Assembly: GCA_041661405.1 (NCBI GenBank)
Contig: JBAZUL010000009.1
Coordinates: forward strand, 464-64,463
Direction: 5' to 3'
DNA length: 64,000 nucleotides
From: Patescibacteria group bacterium
Lineage (GTDB): Bacteria; Patescibacteriota; Patescibacteriia; Patescibacteriales; JBAZCA01
The notes under the pieces were generated by a model that worked only from the letters and a program-made list of their open reading frames with translations, did not search any database and had not been told where the DNA came from. How positions within the stretch are numbered: position 1 is the stretch's first letter; each line of letters begins with the position of its first letter. Positions 16,316 to 26,248 of the stretch are shown here, piece by piece. The position numbers were made by a program, and so were the translations under genes.

Positions 16316-17677
16316 TTAAAGGGAAAACTTTTCGTAATGAAGTTGATTCTGGTTAAAACCCGCTCCCTTAAGCTCTTTTTTTATTGATTCCATCATAGGC
16401 GGCGGTCCGCATAAAAAGATATCGCGATCCCGGAAATCAGGAACCAGCCGGCTGATTTTTTCCGCGTCAATCCTGCCTTGCTCGCCTTTCCAGTTTTCCT
16501 CGGCGCTTAAAATATGGACGATTTTTACCGGGTTCAACTCGGATAGTTTTTCCAGCTCATCTTTAAAAATAATGTCTTTTTTCGTCCGGTTGTTATATAA
16601 AAGTATTGCGTCCCGGCCTTTTTTTGCCATGGATTCAACTAAAGCCCGAAGCGGAGTAATCCCGACCCCGCCGGCTATTAGGAGAGCCTTTTCTTTTTTA
16701 ATCGCCTTTTCCGAAAATACGCCGTGCGGTCCGTCAATTAGAACCCGGGTGCCGAGTTTTAATTCCTTTGCTTTATTGGTAAAATCGCCAAGCATTTTTA
16801 TTGTAATCCGGATGTCGTTATTATCCAGGCGGCCGGAAAGTGAAAAAGGATGAGCTTCAAAGATATACCCTTGGGCGAGAAAGCGAAAAATCATGAACTG
16901 GCCGGGCATGACTTTAAAACGCTCCATATTTTTTCCGCTGATACGGATTGAGACCGCGCTTTTAGTCTCCAAACGGACTGATTTTACGTAAAAACGGTGT
17001 TGATAAAAATAAAAAAGCGGGCGGCCAAAACGGAATATGAAAAAATTAAAAAAGGCGAAAACGTAAAGTCCGGCAAAATAAAAGTGAAAAATTTGCTCCT
17101 GAAGATCAGAGCCGACCGCGAACTGGTGCCCCATAGCCGCTATTATGGCAAGATAAGTGAATAAGTGAGTGAAAAGCCAGAATTCATATTTCAATCTTTT
17201 CCTTACTATAGCCAAGGAAAAAATCATGACACTGAGAAAAATTCCGGCTGATAAAAAAGCTCCGACCACATCCTCCCAGCCGTTAAGAAAAATAAATATC
17301 TGTCTGAAGTAGGAATTGCCGGTAAGGGCGCCGTAGCCGAAACCGAGAAAAACCGGATGCAGGAGAATAAAAAAAAGCGCGAGAAAACCGTTTAGGTGAT
17401 GGACGCGCGAAAGCTTATCCAGGCCGAAAACTTTTTCCGCCCAGCCGACCCGGCCGATTAAAATCAGCTGACTAAGAATAAAATAAGTCGCTAAAAGTCC
17501 GAAAAGACGACCGAGCGCTATAATCATCTGCGTGAAATTTTCTCCGGCGCCGAACGCGACCGCGTTTTTTTCCCAAACAAAAATAATATAAGCCAGATTG
17601 AGTATTCCGAATAAAATCACGGCGATTTTTTTTAGCTTATCCATAAATTTTTCGCGCCATCCAATCATTATACTCAT
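16316..17677 (-). CDS. ferric-reductase/NOX-type membrane flavocytochrome (FRD TM domain plus FAD- and NAD(P)H-binding domains)
   Basis: Six TM segments carry paired His residues (HHLNG...LLHP, THLF...GHQF). HPFSLS is the FAD motif and GGVGITP plus CGPPPM are NAD(P)H motifs. The track start is TTG, so I used the ATG one codon later. Confidence 0.75.
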   Translation of the reverse strand: MSIMIGWREKFMDKLKKIAVILFGILNLAYIIFVWEKNAVAFGAGENFTQMIIALGRLFGLLATYFILSQLILIGRVGWAEKVFGLDKLSRVHHLNGFLALFFILLHPVFLGFGYGALTGNSYFRQIFIFLNGWEDVVGAFLSAGIFLSVMIFSLAIVRKRLKYEFWLFTHLFTYLAIIAAMGHQFAVGSDLQEQIFHFYFAGLYVFAFFNFFIFRFGRPLFYFYQHRFYVKSVRLETKSAVSIRISGKNMERFKVMPGQFMIFRFLAQGYIFEAHPFSLSGRLDNNDIRITIKMLGDFTNKAKELKLGTRVLIDGPHGVFSEKAIKKEKALLIAGGVGITPLRALVESMAKKGRDAILLYNNRTKKDIIFKDELEKLSELNPVKIVHILSAEENWKGEQGRIDAEKISRLVPDFRDRDIFLCGPPPMMESIKKELKGAGFNQNQLHYEKFSL

Positions 17678-17741
17678 CAATTATAAATTATCATAAGCAT
17701 CCGAGAATAAGATTAATATAGCATTAACATCTCGCGTAAAT

Positions 17742-18368
17742 TCATATTTCTTCGGGCTTTACGGTCCGGGGGATTAACCTGATAAAAGGCGAGGAGAGTC
17801 CGCTAATAACCGCTTTTATCATAATATTGGAAATAATTACGCTTACCACGACGCTAAAAGGCATGACCCCTAAAAACGCGATCAGGCAAAAAATCAGACT
17901 GTCTAAAATAAGAGAGATAAAATTTGAAATCAGCGATCCGGCGACATCATTCATCCTTTTATAAACAGCGCTAAAAATTTCCGTGTCAGCCAGTTCGGAT
18001 ATCACCTGGGCAATAATGCTCGCCAAAGTTATCCGGGCGATTGGCCGGAGGATGTTGTCGTAAGATTCCTGGAATGGCCAGGTTGGATCGGCCGGCATGT
18101 TGCCCACCAGCCAGAAAGACGCGAAAGCGACGAGGCTTAAGCTGGCCGCGAAAATAACCACCAGCCGGGAATTTTTCTTGCCGCAGGTTTTATGGACAAA
18201 ATCCCGCAAAGTAAAAGTAAGGGGATAAATTACAGTTCCGCCATCCATAGACAAACCAAGAATCGGCAGAAGCGTAATTTTCGTTGAAAGCACGTTGGCG
18301 ATAATCTGCGCCGCCGTGTAGGCTGAGGCGCTCATTAGCGCCAGATTGATTTTTTTGTCATTATTCAT
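17742..18368 (-). CDS. queuosine-precursor transporter (YhhQ/VUT, DUF165 family)
   Basis: AAQIIANVLSTK...YPLTFTLRDFVHKTCGK is the family signature. The protein is polytopic. The start was moved from GTG to the ATG at 18368. Confidence 0.75.
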   Translation of the reverse strand: MNNDKKINLALMSASAYTAAQIIANVLSTKITLLPILGLSMDGGTVIYPLTFTLRDFVHKTCGKKNSRLVVIFAASLSLVAFASFWLVGNMPADPTWPFQESYDNILRPIARITLASIIAQVISELADTEIFSAVYKRMNDVAGSLISNFISLILDSLIFCLIAFLGVMPFSVVVSVIISNIMIKAVISGLSSPFIRLIPRTVKPEEI

Positions 18369-18455
18369 ACTTAACCATATTAGCGGTTTCACCGGAAAAA
18401 CACAATTTTAGCTTATTATATTATATCGCCACCGGAAGCAACCGAGTCTTACCCC

Positions 18456-18490
18456 TTGACAAACAGATTAGTTAACTGATAAACTAGTTT
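18456..18490 (+). promoter_or_regulatory. marR promoter region with two perfect palindromes (candidate MarR operator)
   Basis: TTGACA lies at 18456-18461, followed by AGTTAACT (18470-18477) and AAACTAGTTT (18481-18490). TAATAT-6 nt-ATG lies directly before the CDS. Confidence 0.5.
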
Positions 18491-18511
18491 AATATTTTTT
18501 AATATGCGCCT

Positions 18512-19036
18512 ATGCATCCATTAAAAGAAAAATCCATCGCCAGGCTTATAATTTTTACCGCGGCGCGGCTGGAACAATTCGCAAACGCCCATATATTTAA
18601 ACCAATCGGCCTGAACATGACAGCGGCCAAAATCATGGGGCTTTTATACATCCATAAAAAAATCACCCCTTCCGACATTCTAAAGATAACCGGAGGAACC
18701 AAATCCAATATTACCCAACGCCTCAATTACCTGGAAAAAAAGGGTTATATTAAAAGGTTCATACCGAAAAACGTCGCAATGGATAAGAGAAAAATCTTTA
18801 TCAGCCTGACCGAAAAAGGAAAAAATAAGTTCGGACAAGCGCGCGGATTAATCAGCGAAAAAAGCCTTGATCTTGAAAAAGAATTCAGCCAAAAAGAAAA
18901 CGATTTTCATTTTGAATTTTTGAAAAAAATAAACATACTATTAAACCAACATGAATATGAACAACCTGAAAAAAACATCAATCATAAAGATAATTTCCAC
19001 AAGCTCGCTTCTTCTTGTTGTTCTCTTGACGATTAG
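18512..19036 (+). CDS. MarR family transcriptional regulator
   Basis: The winged HTH is LNMTAAKIMGLLYIHKKITPSDILKITGGTKSNITQRLNYLEKKGYIKR...DKRKIFISLTEKG. The 3' end overlaps the next gene by 86 nt. Confidence 0.85.
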   Translation: MHPLKEKSIARLIIFTAARLEQFANAHIFKPIGLNMTAAKIMGLLYIHKKITPSDILKITGGTKSNITQRLNYLEKKGYIKRFIPKNVAMDKRKIFISLTEKGKNKFGQARGLISEKSLDLEKEFSQKENDFHFEFLKKINILLNQHEYEQPEKNINHKDNFHKLASSCCSLDD

Positions 19037-20957
19037 CGCCTGCGGCAAAAGCGGCGCGCAAACCGGCGAAGAATTAAAAGAACCAGCCGCGGTTAGCGCC
19101 CGGAGCATCAAAGAAAGCTCCACCTTAAAAGAAAAACTTACCTACTCGGGACTGGTTTCTTCCGTGGAAGAGGCGAAAATAATCGCCAGGACTTCCGGGC
19201 ACGCCGAGGAAATAAATTTTAACGTCGGCGATGAAGTTAATATGGGGGATACTCTCGCGAGAATTGACGACGTTGACGGAAGCTCTTCTTCCGCCGGTTT
19301 TAATTCAAATCAGGTTCGTCAAGCCCAAATCGCGGTCTCGCAAGCCTTAGCTTCATACCGGATGGCGGAAACCAATTATGAAAATCTGCTTGTCTCTACC
19401 CAAAAAGACCTTAATCAGGCCGAGATCGCCAAAAATCAGTCATTAACCGGCAAAGGCAATACCGCTAGCTCAGTTGAAGAAAATTTTAAATCCGCCGAAC
19501 TGGCCTTGGAAACCGCCCAGGCCGCGGCCGAAAGCGCGAAAATTTCTCTTGAGAACCGCAGAAAAACCGCCAGCCAGGGAGAGGTGGACGCGAAAGACAA
19601 CGCCGAAACAACGGCTGACGGAGCCGCCAATATTGCCGCTTCAATTATTTCCTCAATTAATAACATTGCTTCTTTAGACGACCAAAACCCGGTGAGCCTT
19701 AATTATAAAAGTAACCTCGGCGCCCTTGACCCGAGCGCCCTTTCCGCGGCTAAAAACAATTTCGCTTTGGCCAAAACCGCCAGCCAAAAATATTCGGCGG
19801 GCGGATTTAAAAGTCTCAATGAAAAAATTGACTCAGCGGACGACTTGGCGGAGAAAACCAAACGTTTGGCTGACAGCGCGAAAACCCTTTTTGAGAAAAC
19901 CATGACTTCAGTTGATCTGCCGCAGACTTCGCTTACCGGCGCTTCCCTTTCCGGACTGCAGTCGCAAGCCGCCGGCTTCCAATCGCAAATCAGCGCCGCG
20001 ATCGCCCAGATTAACGGCGCTAAACAGCTTCTGGCCAACACTCCTTTAAATAATACTTCTACTTTGGACGCTTTGGAAAAAGCTTACGATCTCGCTAAAA
20101 AACAGGAAGCCCAGGCCGCCCAAAATTTAAACAGCCTGAAAGCCGGAAATAAAAGCCAGTCTGACGCGGCCGATTTTGGCTACCAGTCAGCGGCTAACCA
20201 ATACGCGACCTTAAAAACAAAACTGGATTCCCAAATTTCCGTGGCCAAAAGCCAGCTTGACATCGCGAGCTTCCAATACCAGAGCGCCGGAACCGTCTTG
20301 CAGGGGCTCTACGATATTCATCTGGCTATCGCCCCGATTGACGGAACAGTCACGCAAAAACTCGTTTCAGCAGGCGACGCGGTTTCCGCCGGACAGCTTT
20401 TAGCCGTTGTCAGCCGCCCCGAAGACGTTAAAATTGTATTTTATACCGACCAGGACAACCTTTTTTATTTCCGGCTCGGACAGGCGGCGGAAATTAAAGA
20501 CAATGACGGAAAATCTTATGCCGGAAAAATTACGGCGATTACCCCGCAGGCCGACAGCCTTACCCGTCGCTTCCAGATTGAAGTCCGCCCTGAACGGACT
20601 GATTTACCCGCTTCACCCGCGGGTGATAAAAACGCTAAACCGCCCCTAGCGGCCGAAACCGGCGCTTCCGGCGTGTTCGTTCTCGGAACTGTCATGGATG
20701 TTATTATCCCGATAACTAAAACCGCGAAAAATCCCGATACGGCCATCCTTCCGCTTTCGGCCATAGAAGTCGGGCAAAGCGGCAATTATGTTTTTATCAT
20801 TGAAAACGGCATCGCCAAAAAAACCCAGGTTGAAATAGTGAAGGTTGAAGGCGAAAACGCCGAAGTAAAAATTGATTTACCCGAAGAAACCCTCGTAATC
20901 GTTGACGGCAATAAACTCCTGGCCGACGGCGACCCGGTAGTTGTTAAAAGTGAATAA
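18951..20957 (+). CDS. efflux RND periplasmic adaptor (membrane fusion protein), lipoprotein, with a very long coiled-coil hairpin
   Basis: The lipobox is LLTISAC. The lipoyl halves are IIARTSGHAEEINFNVGDEVNMGDTLARID and IAPIDGTVTQKLVSAGDAVSAGQLLAVV. About 330 aa of Ala/Gln/Ser-rich coiled coil lies between them. Confidence 0.8.
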   Translation: MNMNNLKKTSIIKIISTSSLLLVVLLTISACGKSGAQTGEELKEPAAVSARSIKESSTLKEKLTYSGLVSSVEEAKIIARTSGHAEEINFNVGDEVNMGDTLARIDDVDGSSSSAGFNSNQVRQAQIAVSQALASYRMAETNYENLLVSTQKDLNQAEIAKNQSLTGKGNTASSVEENFKSAELALETAQAAAESAKISLENRRKTASQGEVDAKDNAETTADGAANIAASIISSINNIASLDDQNPVSLNYKSNLGALDPSALSAAKNNFALAKTASQKYSAGGFKSLNEKIDSADDLAEKTKRLADSAKTLFEKTMTSVDLPQTSLTGASLSGLQSQAAGFQSQISAAIAQINGAKQLLANTPLNNTSTLDALEKAYDLAKKQEAQAAQNLNSLKAGNKSQSDAADFGYQSAANQYATLKTKLDSQISVAKSQLDIASFQYQSAGTVLQGLYDIHLAIAPIDGTVTQKLVSAGDAVSAGQLLAVVSRPEDVKIVFYTDQDNLFYFRLGQAAEIKDNDGKSYAGKITAITPQADSLTRRFQIEVRPERTDLPASPAGDKNAKPPLAAETGASGVFVLGTVMDVIIPITKTAKNPDTAILPLSAIEVGQSGNYVFIIENGIAKKTQVEIVKVEGENAEVKIDLPEETLVIVDGNKLLADGDPVVVKSE

Positions 20958-21028
20958 TGAATAAAGAATTATGAATTATGCTAATTTAAATCCCATTATT
21001 CATTATTCATGATTCAAATCAATTTTGT

Positions 21029-24000
21029 ATGCCAGACGAAAAGCAAGAAAACGCAAACCACAAATCCTCTGATCATCTCTATCTCGAGCAACTAACATTC
21101 CGTCCGGAGCTAAGAAAAACCTGGCTGAATTTTTTTGTCGTAAACTTTCGGGTGGTCATATTAATGATTCTCCTTATTTCCGCCTGGGGAATTTATTCTT
21201 TCTTAAAACTTCCCCGCGAATCCAATCCGGAAGTAAAAATCCCCATCGCCGTAGTTGTCACGGCTTATCCGGGCGTTTCGCCGTCTGATATTGAAGAGTT
21301 GGTTACTAAAAAAATTGAAACCGGCGTGTCGGGAATTTCAGGAATCAGCAAGCTTTCTTCCAGCTCTTCCAATTCCCTTTCAACGGTTACAGTTGAGTTT
21401 GACGCTAACGAAGACCTTGAGGATTCCCTGCGAAAACTCCGCGACCAGGTGAATAACCTGAAAAAAGACCTGCCCGAAGACGCTAATGACCCCGTTGTGC
21501 AGGAAATATCTTTTGACGACCAGCCGATCCTGACTATCGCTTTGACCGGACCTTTTGACGGCCTGACGCTCCGAAAATACGCCGACGACATAAAAGACGA
21601 GCTGGAAAAGATTCCCGGCGCGCGCGAGGTGAACGTTTCGGGCGGCGACGAACGGGAATTTGAAGTCGCCTACGATCCGCAAAAACTCACCTTTTACAAT
21701 ATATCGCCGGACGACGCAAACCGGATTATCGCGGCGACCAACCTGGCTTTCCCGGCCGGAACTTTTAAAGGCAGTCAGTATAATTATCCGGTCCGAACTG
21801 ATGCCCGATTTTTTGACGCGAAAAAATTAGGCGACATTCCGATTTTTCATACTGAAGAGGGCGCTATTATATATCTGCGCGACATAGCCTCGGTTAAGGA
21901 AAAATCCATAGAAAAATCAGTCCTTTCCCGCTTTTCCATCAAAGCCTCTTCGCCCGACGAGGCCGTAACCATTTCTATTGTTAAAAAGACCGGCGGCTCG
22001 GTTCTCGCTACGGTTGACGAGGCGAAAAAAATTCTTGACAGTGAAATTTCTAAACTGCCAGAAGGGGCGAAATACGACACTATCGTTGACATGGCAAAAT
22101 ATATCCGCATGGATTTTGACCAGCTCACCCATGATTTTATCCTTACCTTAATCCTTGTTTTTGGCATCCTTTTTTTAATCGTCGGCTTAAAAGAAGCTCT
22201 GGTCGCCGGACTGGCTATCCCTCTCGTATTCTTTACCAGTTTTGGCGTTATGTTGTCGGCCGGCCTTACCTTAAACTTCCTTTCCATCTTTTCTTTGCTT
22301 TTATCGCTAGGACTTTTAGTTGACGACGCTATCGTCGTTGTTTCGGCGACAAAGCAATATCTCCGAACCGGAAAATTTACGCCTGAAGAAGCAGTGCTCC
22401 TCGTCTTAAACGATTTTAAAGTCGTGCTGACGACAACGACTCTGACGACCGTCTGGGCTTTCCTGCCGCTAATTTCCTCCTCAGGCATCATCGGCGAATT
22501 CATCAAATCCATCCCGATTACTGTTTCAGTTACCCTGATCGCTTCCCTCTTTATCGCCTTAATGATAAACCATCCTTTAGCCGCGGTTTTAGAGCGGATC
22601 CGGCTGACGAGAAATCTTTTATTTTTCTACATCGTCCTGCTTTTAGGCGTATCCGGGATTTTAGCCATACAGGGAAAAATTTTATATTACGTTCTCGCCG
22701 GCTTGCCAGCCTTAACCGCCCTTTTTATTTTCCGCTGGTACCGGAAACAAGGCAGAGAAAAACTAATTCAAAACGAGGAGCTTTCTAACAGGGAGTGGAA
22801 AGATGATAACCTTATTAAAAAAAAACTGCGGAACGCCGGGGCCCATGAAAAAAAATCGCTTTGGAACCGGCTCCAGCACGGCATTATTAATTTTAACGCC
22901 ATCCTGCCGCTTTATGAAAAATACTTAAAAATGGCTCTTTCCTCGCGAAAAAGAAGATTCCAGGTAATTGGCTTTACTTTTATCATGTTCATAATCGCGG
23001 TTCTCTTGCCCGTTACCGGCGTAGTTCCTATGGAATTTTTTCCGGTCTCGGATCAGGAATTCGTTTACATAAACTTCCGCGCTCCGACCGGATTAGCGCT
23101 TGAAAAAACCAACGAAATTGTCGGAGCGATTGAAGAAAAACTCCTCGCTTATCCGGACATCGCCAATTTTTCCACTATTGTCGGCCAGCAAGGCGCGGGC
23201 GGAGATTTCGCTATCGGCCTTTCCAGTTCATCTCATCTCGCGTCAATCACCGTCACTCTCTCGGATCCGGACGAAAGGGATATTACCTCTTACGAACTCG
23301 CCGAAAAAATGCGCGAAGAATTTAAAGAGATAAAAGAAGCGGAAATTACTATCTCAACCCCATCGGGCGGACCGCCGGCCGGCTCGGCTTTTGAAGCCCG
23401 GATTGTCGGCGATGATTTAGAAACCCTTGACAGCGTCGCTAATGATTTAAAACCTCTGCTCGCCGCTATTCCCGGCGTGATCAATACTAACGTGTCGCTG
23501 AAAGATTCGCCGGCTGAATATACTTTTACCCTGGATCCGGCGCGGCTGGAACTCTATAACCTAAACGCCGCTTACGTCGGCTCAATCCTTAGGATGGCTA
23601 TTTCCGGCAATGAAGTAAGTAAAATAATCCGGGACGGCAAAGAAATAAAGATCATGGCTCGTTTTGACAAAAGCCGTCTGCCGACCCTGGAATCGGTGCA
23701 GAATATCCAGATTTTAAACTTAAGAAAACAGCCGGTCTTTTTAAAGGATGTCGCGAAAATTGAATTAAAACCGTCGGTTGATACGATCTCCCGGATTGAC
23801 CAAAAGCGCGTGGTTCTTTTATCAGCCGGGGCCGCGGGAAAAACCCGGCCAGCCGCGATTCTCTCCGAATTCCAGAAGAAAGCCGAAGAATATAAAATGC
23901 CGGCTGGTTATTCAATTGTTTACGGCGGCGAGAACGAGGAAAATACCGAATCTGTCCTCTCAATAATCCGGGCCATGGTTATCGCCGGACTCTTGATTAT

Positions 24001-24439
24001 TTCTACCATGATTATCCAGTTCAATTCCTTTAAAAAATCCGTGATCGTTTTAATCGCCATCCCGCTCGCTTTAATCGGCGTGTTCTTCGGCCTGGCAATC
24101 ATGCGGATTAACTTAAGCTTCCCGGGCTTAATCGGCATCCTCGCTCTCTTCGGCATTGTCGTAAAAAACGCCATTATCCTTATTGATAAAATCAATCTGA
24201 ACTTAAAAAGCAATATTCCTTTTAACGACGCTGTTATTGACGCGGGAAAATCGCGGATGGAAGCGATTTTCATAACCTCAATTTGCACGATTTTCGGCAT
24301 CATCCCGATTACCCTTTCCAATGAAATGTGGATGGCTCTCGGCTCGGCCATTATTTTTGGCCTCATGCTTTCCTCTTTCATGACCCTTTTTATGGTCCCG
24401 GTACTCTTCGTTACGTTTATTAAAGATCCGAATAAATAA
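21029..24439 (+). CDS. efflux RND transporter permease (AcrB/AcrD/AcrF family)
   Basis: The 1136-aa product has 12 TM segments in two halves, with LSLGLLVDDAIVVV and ALFGIVVKNAIILID motifs. Confidence 0.92.
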   Translation: MPDEKQENANHKSSDHLYLEQLTFRPELRKTWLNFFVVNFRVVILMILLISAWGIYSFLKLPRESNPEVKIPIAVVVTAYPGVSPSDIEELVTKKIETGVSGISGISKLSSSSSNSLSTVTVEFDANEDLEDSLRKLRDQVNNLKKDLPEDANDPVVQEISFDDQPILTIALTGPFDGLTLRKYADDIKDELEKIPGAREVNVSGGDEREFEVAYDPQKLTFYNISPDDANRIIAATNLAFPAGTFKGSQYNYPVRTDARFFDAKKLGDIPIFHTEEGAIIYLRDIASVKEKSIEKSVLSRFSIKASSPDEAVTISIVKKTGGSVLATVDEAKKILDSEISKLPEGAKYDTIVDMAKYIRMDFDQLTHDFILTLILVFGILFLIVGLKEALVAGLAIPLVFFTSFGVMLSAGLTLNFLSIFSLLLSLGLLVDDAIVVVSATKQYLRTGKFTPEEAVLLVLNDFKVVLTTTTLTTVWAFLPLISSSGIIGEFIKSIPITVSVTLIASLFIALMINHPLAAVLERIRLTRNLLFFYIVLLLGVSGILAIQGKILYYVLAGLPALTALFIFRWYRKQGREKLIQNEELSNREWKDDNLIKKKLRNAGAHEKKSLWNRLQHGIINFNAILPLYEKYLKMALSSRKRRFQVIGFTFIMFIIAVLLPVTGVVPMEFFPVSDQEFVYINFRAPTGLALEKTNEIVGAIEEKLLAYPDIANFSTIVGQQGAGGDFAIGLSSSSHLASITVTLSDPDERDITSYELAEKMREEFKEIKEAEITISTPSGGPPAGSAFEARIVGDDLETLDSVANDLKPLLAAIPGVINTNVSLKDSPAEYTFTLDPARLELYNLNAAYVGSILRMAISGNEVSKIIRDGKEIKIMARFDKSRLPTLESVQNIQILNLRKQPVFLKDVAKIELKPSVDTISRIDQKRVVLLSAGAAGKTRPAAILSEFQKKAEEYKMPAGYSIVYGGENEENTESVLSIIRAMVIAGLLIISTMIIQFNSFKKSVIVLIAIPLALIGVFFGLAIMRINLSFPGLIGILALFGIVVKNAIILIDKINLNLKSNIPFNDAVIDAGKSRMEAIFITSICTIFGIIPITLSNEMWMALGSAIIFGLMLSSFMTLFMVPVLFVTFIKDPNK

Positions 24440-24457
24440 TTTTTAGCCAAAAGAAAA

Positions 24458-24480
24458 CCCGGATACCAACTGGTTCCGGG
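24458..24480. terminator. hairpin between the convergent RND gene and the 24508-24852 gene
   Basis: CCCGGATACCA/TGGT(-)TCCGGG forms the stem. On the minus strand it is followed by TTTTCTTTT. Confidence 0.55.
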
Positions 24481-24507
24481 CTTGGAGGATTGAACTCGCT
24501 CATATTA

Positions 24508-24852
24508 TCAGGGTGTCCTCCTCACCCAGATCTTTGAGATTTTGTGTTGGGCTGTAAGAACCAGCCCGCTACCGTCCTCGCGTTGGAGCACGCAAAGCCC
24601 TTCGGGGTCACAGGCTCTGCCTACGAGACTAATAGGTACTATCCTTTCTATCCTACCTCTAAAATGCTTTCTAATGCCTGGACCATGGATATTAACCCCC
24701 TTCCCGATCAGATCCTGAAGAGATTGAATGTATTGGTTGTCTAAGTGGCGAATGTCCTCGTAGTCCAGATAACCATTTTCTCTTAGCTTCTGGATCTCGG
24801 CATCCCACTTTGCAACCAAACTCGCGATTCCAGCCTTAGATAGCTGATCCAA
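24508..24852 (-). CDS. hypothetical protein (114 aa), possibly co-transcribed with dinB
   Basis: A TTG start is preceded by AAAGGAGAAAAT. I recognise no family. Only a T-run, with no hairpin, separates it from dinB. Confidence 0.5.
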   Translation of the reverse strand: MDQLSKAGIASLVAKWDAEIQKLRENGYLDYEDIRHLDNQYIQSLQDLIGKGVNIHGPGIRKHFRGRIERIVPISLVGRACDPEGLCVLQREDGSGLVLTAQHKISKIWVRRTP

Positions 24853-24950
24853 ATTTTCTCCTTTCCAACTTGAATGTACGAAAAAAGAAGCCTGTCCTCT
24901 TGACTAACTTACGCTAGCTATCCGTAGCTTAATAAATATCACAAAAAAAA

Positions 24951-26240
24951 TCAATTCTTCAGCCCGATTGTCTTCCTAAACCCAATCCGGTCGCGGGCGA
25001 GATTATCCGCGCCAAACATCAAACCCCGGACAACCGTGTATTCGCCGTATTTGTCGTTTAATTTGTCCATAGCCAGGCTTATGCTCCGCGGTTTCAGGTT
25101 ATCGCGAAAAAGGTTAGCCTGGCCGGAGATTGGCGCGAGCCTCGCAACTGAGACGGCGAGCAATCTCACCGGCAGCAGCATTTCCGTTTTCATGATAAAG
25201 TCATGGATCGGATTAAAAATCTCTTCGGTTGTAAAAACTTTGTCCCTGGGCGTGAATAGCTTATTCAGCCCGCTTACTGTCGGACGGTTTGCCCATCCGC
25301 CCGGTGATGCTATTTTTCCATCGTCCGCTTCGGCCGGCTTATTGCCCGACCATCTCGCGTAACCGGCGTAAAAATTTATTTTTCGCGCTTCTAGCCCGAG
25401 CGAACGCAGCCGACGGCCGGTCTTTTCGCATAACTTGTACATGATTTTTAAAAGATACTTTTTGTCTTTGGTCTTTTTTGGAAGGCAGTATGAATGGCCG
25501 ATGGATTTTGGCAAGGCTTCTTCTCGCGCCACGCTGGAAATCTCCCGGCCGTTAACGTTTGCCCAAAGGTAATATCCGTAGCTTCCAAGCTGTCTTTTTA
25601 TATCAACCGGGTCATAATTTTTTAGCTCCAGCAGATTATTTATCCTCAAAGTCTTAAGCCGCGCCTCCATGCGGTAATTAATTCCCCAAGCGTCCTTCAA
25701 ATCCCGGCCTTTTAAAATCGTTTCCAGATTACCTCTCTCTATTACTATTATTCCGTCTTTTTCCGCGATGTCGCCGGCAAACTTGGCTAAAAACTTAGTA
25801 AAAGAAATGCCGATTGAGCATTTTAGCCATTCGCCGATTTCCGCTTTTATCCTCGCTTTAATTTCCAAAGCGAGGTTTTTTGCTTCCCTATAATTTTTCA
25901 CCCAGCCGGATAAATCCAAAAACGCTTCGTCAATACTGTAAGGCTCTAGCGCATCAGAATACTCGGCTAGGAGTTTAAATATTTTTTCCGTAGTAGACCG
26001 GTATTTAGCCGGTTCGTTTTCCACCAATATCGCGCCAGGATCCAGTTTTAAGGCATCTGACACCCGGCAGCCGGTTTTTATGCCCTTAGCTTTAGCTTCG
26101 GCTGATGACGCGATAATACAGCCGCCGGGAGACAGATAGGCGCAGACTCCGACGGATTTTCCCCGCAAAAAAGGATTGGCCTGCTGTTCCACACTGGCGA
26201 AATAGCTATTCATGTCAATGTGAAGGATAATTCTTTCCAT
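24951..26240 (-). CDS. dinB: Y-family DNA polymerase IV
   Basis: ILHIDMNSYFASVEQ and SIDEAFLDL are the catalytic motifs, and the little-finger region is present. A Gly/Pro-rich insert of about 35 aa lies near residue 300. Confidence 0.9.
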   Translation of the reverse strand: MERIILHIDMNSYFASVEQQANPFLRGKSVGVCAYLSPGGCIIASSAEAKAKGIKTGCRVSDALKLDPGAILVENEPAKYRSTTEKIFKLLAEYSDALEPYSIDEAFLDLSGWVKNYREAKNLALEIKARIKAEIGEWLKCSIGISFTKFLAKFAGDIAEKDGIIVIERGNLETILKGRDLKDAWGINYRMEARLKTLRINNLLELKNYDPVDIKRQLGSYGYYLWANVNGREISSVAREEALPKSIGHSYCLPKKTKDKKYLLKIMYKLCEKTGRRLRSLGLEARKINFYAGYARWSGNKPAEADDGKIASPGGWANRPTVSGLNKLFTPRDKVFTTEEIFNPIHDFIMKTEMLLPVRLLAVSVARLAPISGQANLFRDNLKPRSISLAMDKLNDKYGEYTVVRGLMFGADNLARDRIGFRKTIGLKN

Positions 26241-26248
26241 ATAAGTTC
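26234..26248. promoter_or_regulatory. candidate LexA site overlapping the dinB start codon
   Basis: TTTC-catataa-GTTC has the same half-sites and spacing as the lexA operator TTTC-gctattt-GTTC. It is the weakest of the three sites. Confidence 0.35.

Noticed and set aside
21847-24450. 221-aa and 176-aa minus-strand ORFs, plus several shorter ones, inside the RND pump gene
   Set aside because: They are antisense shadows of a 1136-aa gene with clear AcrB-family motifs.
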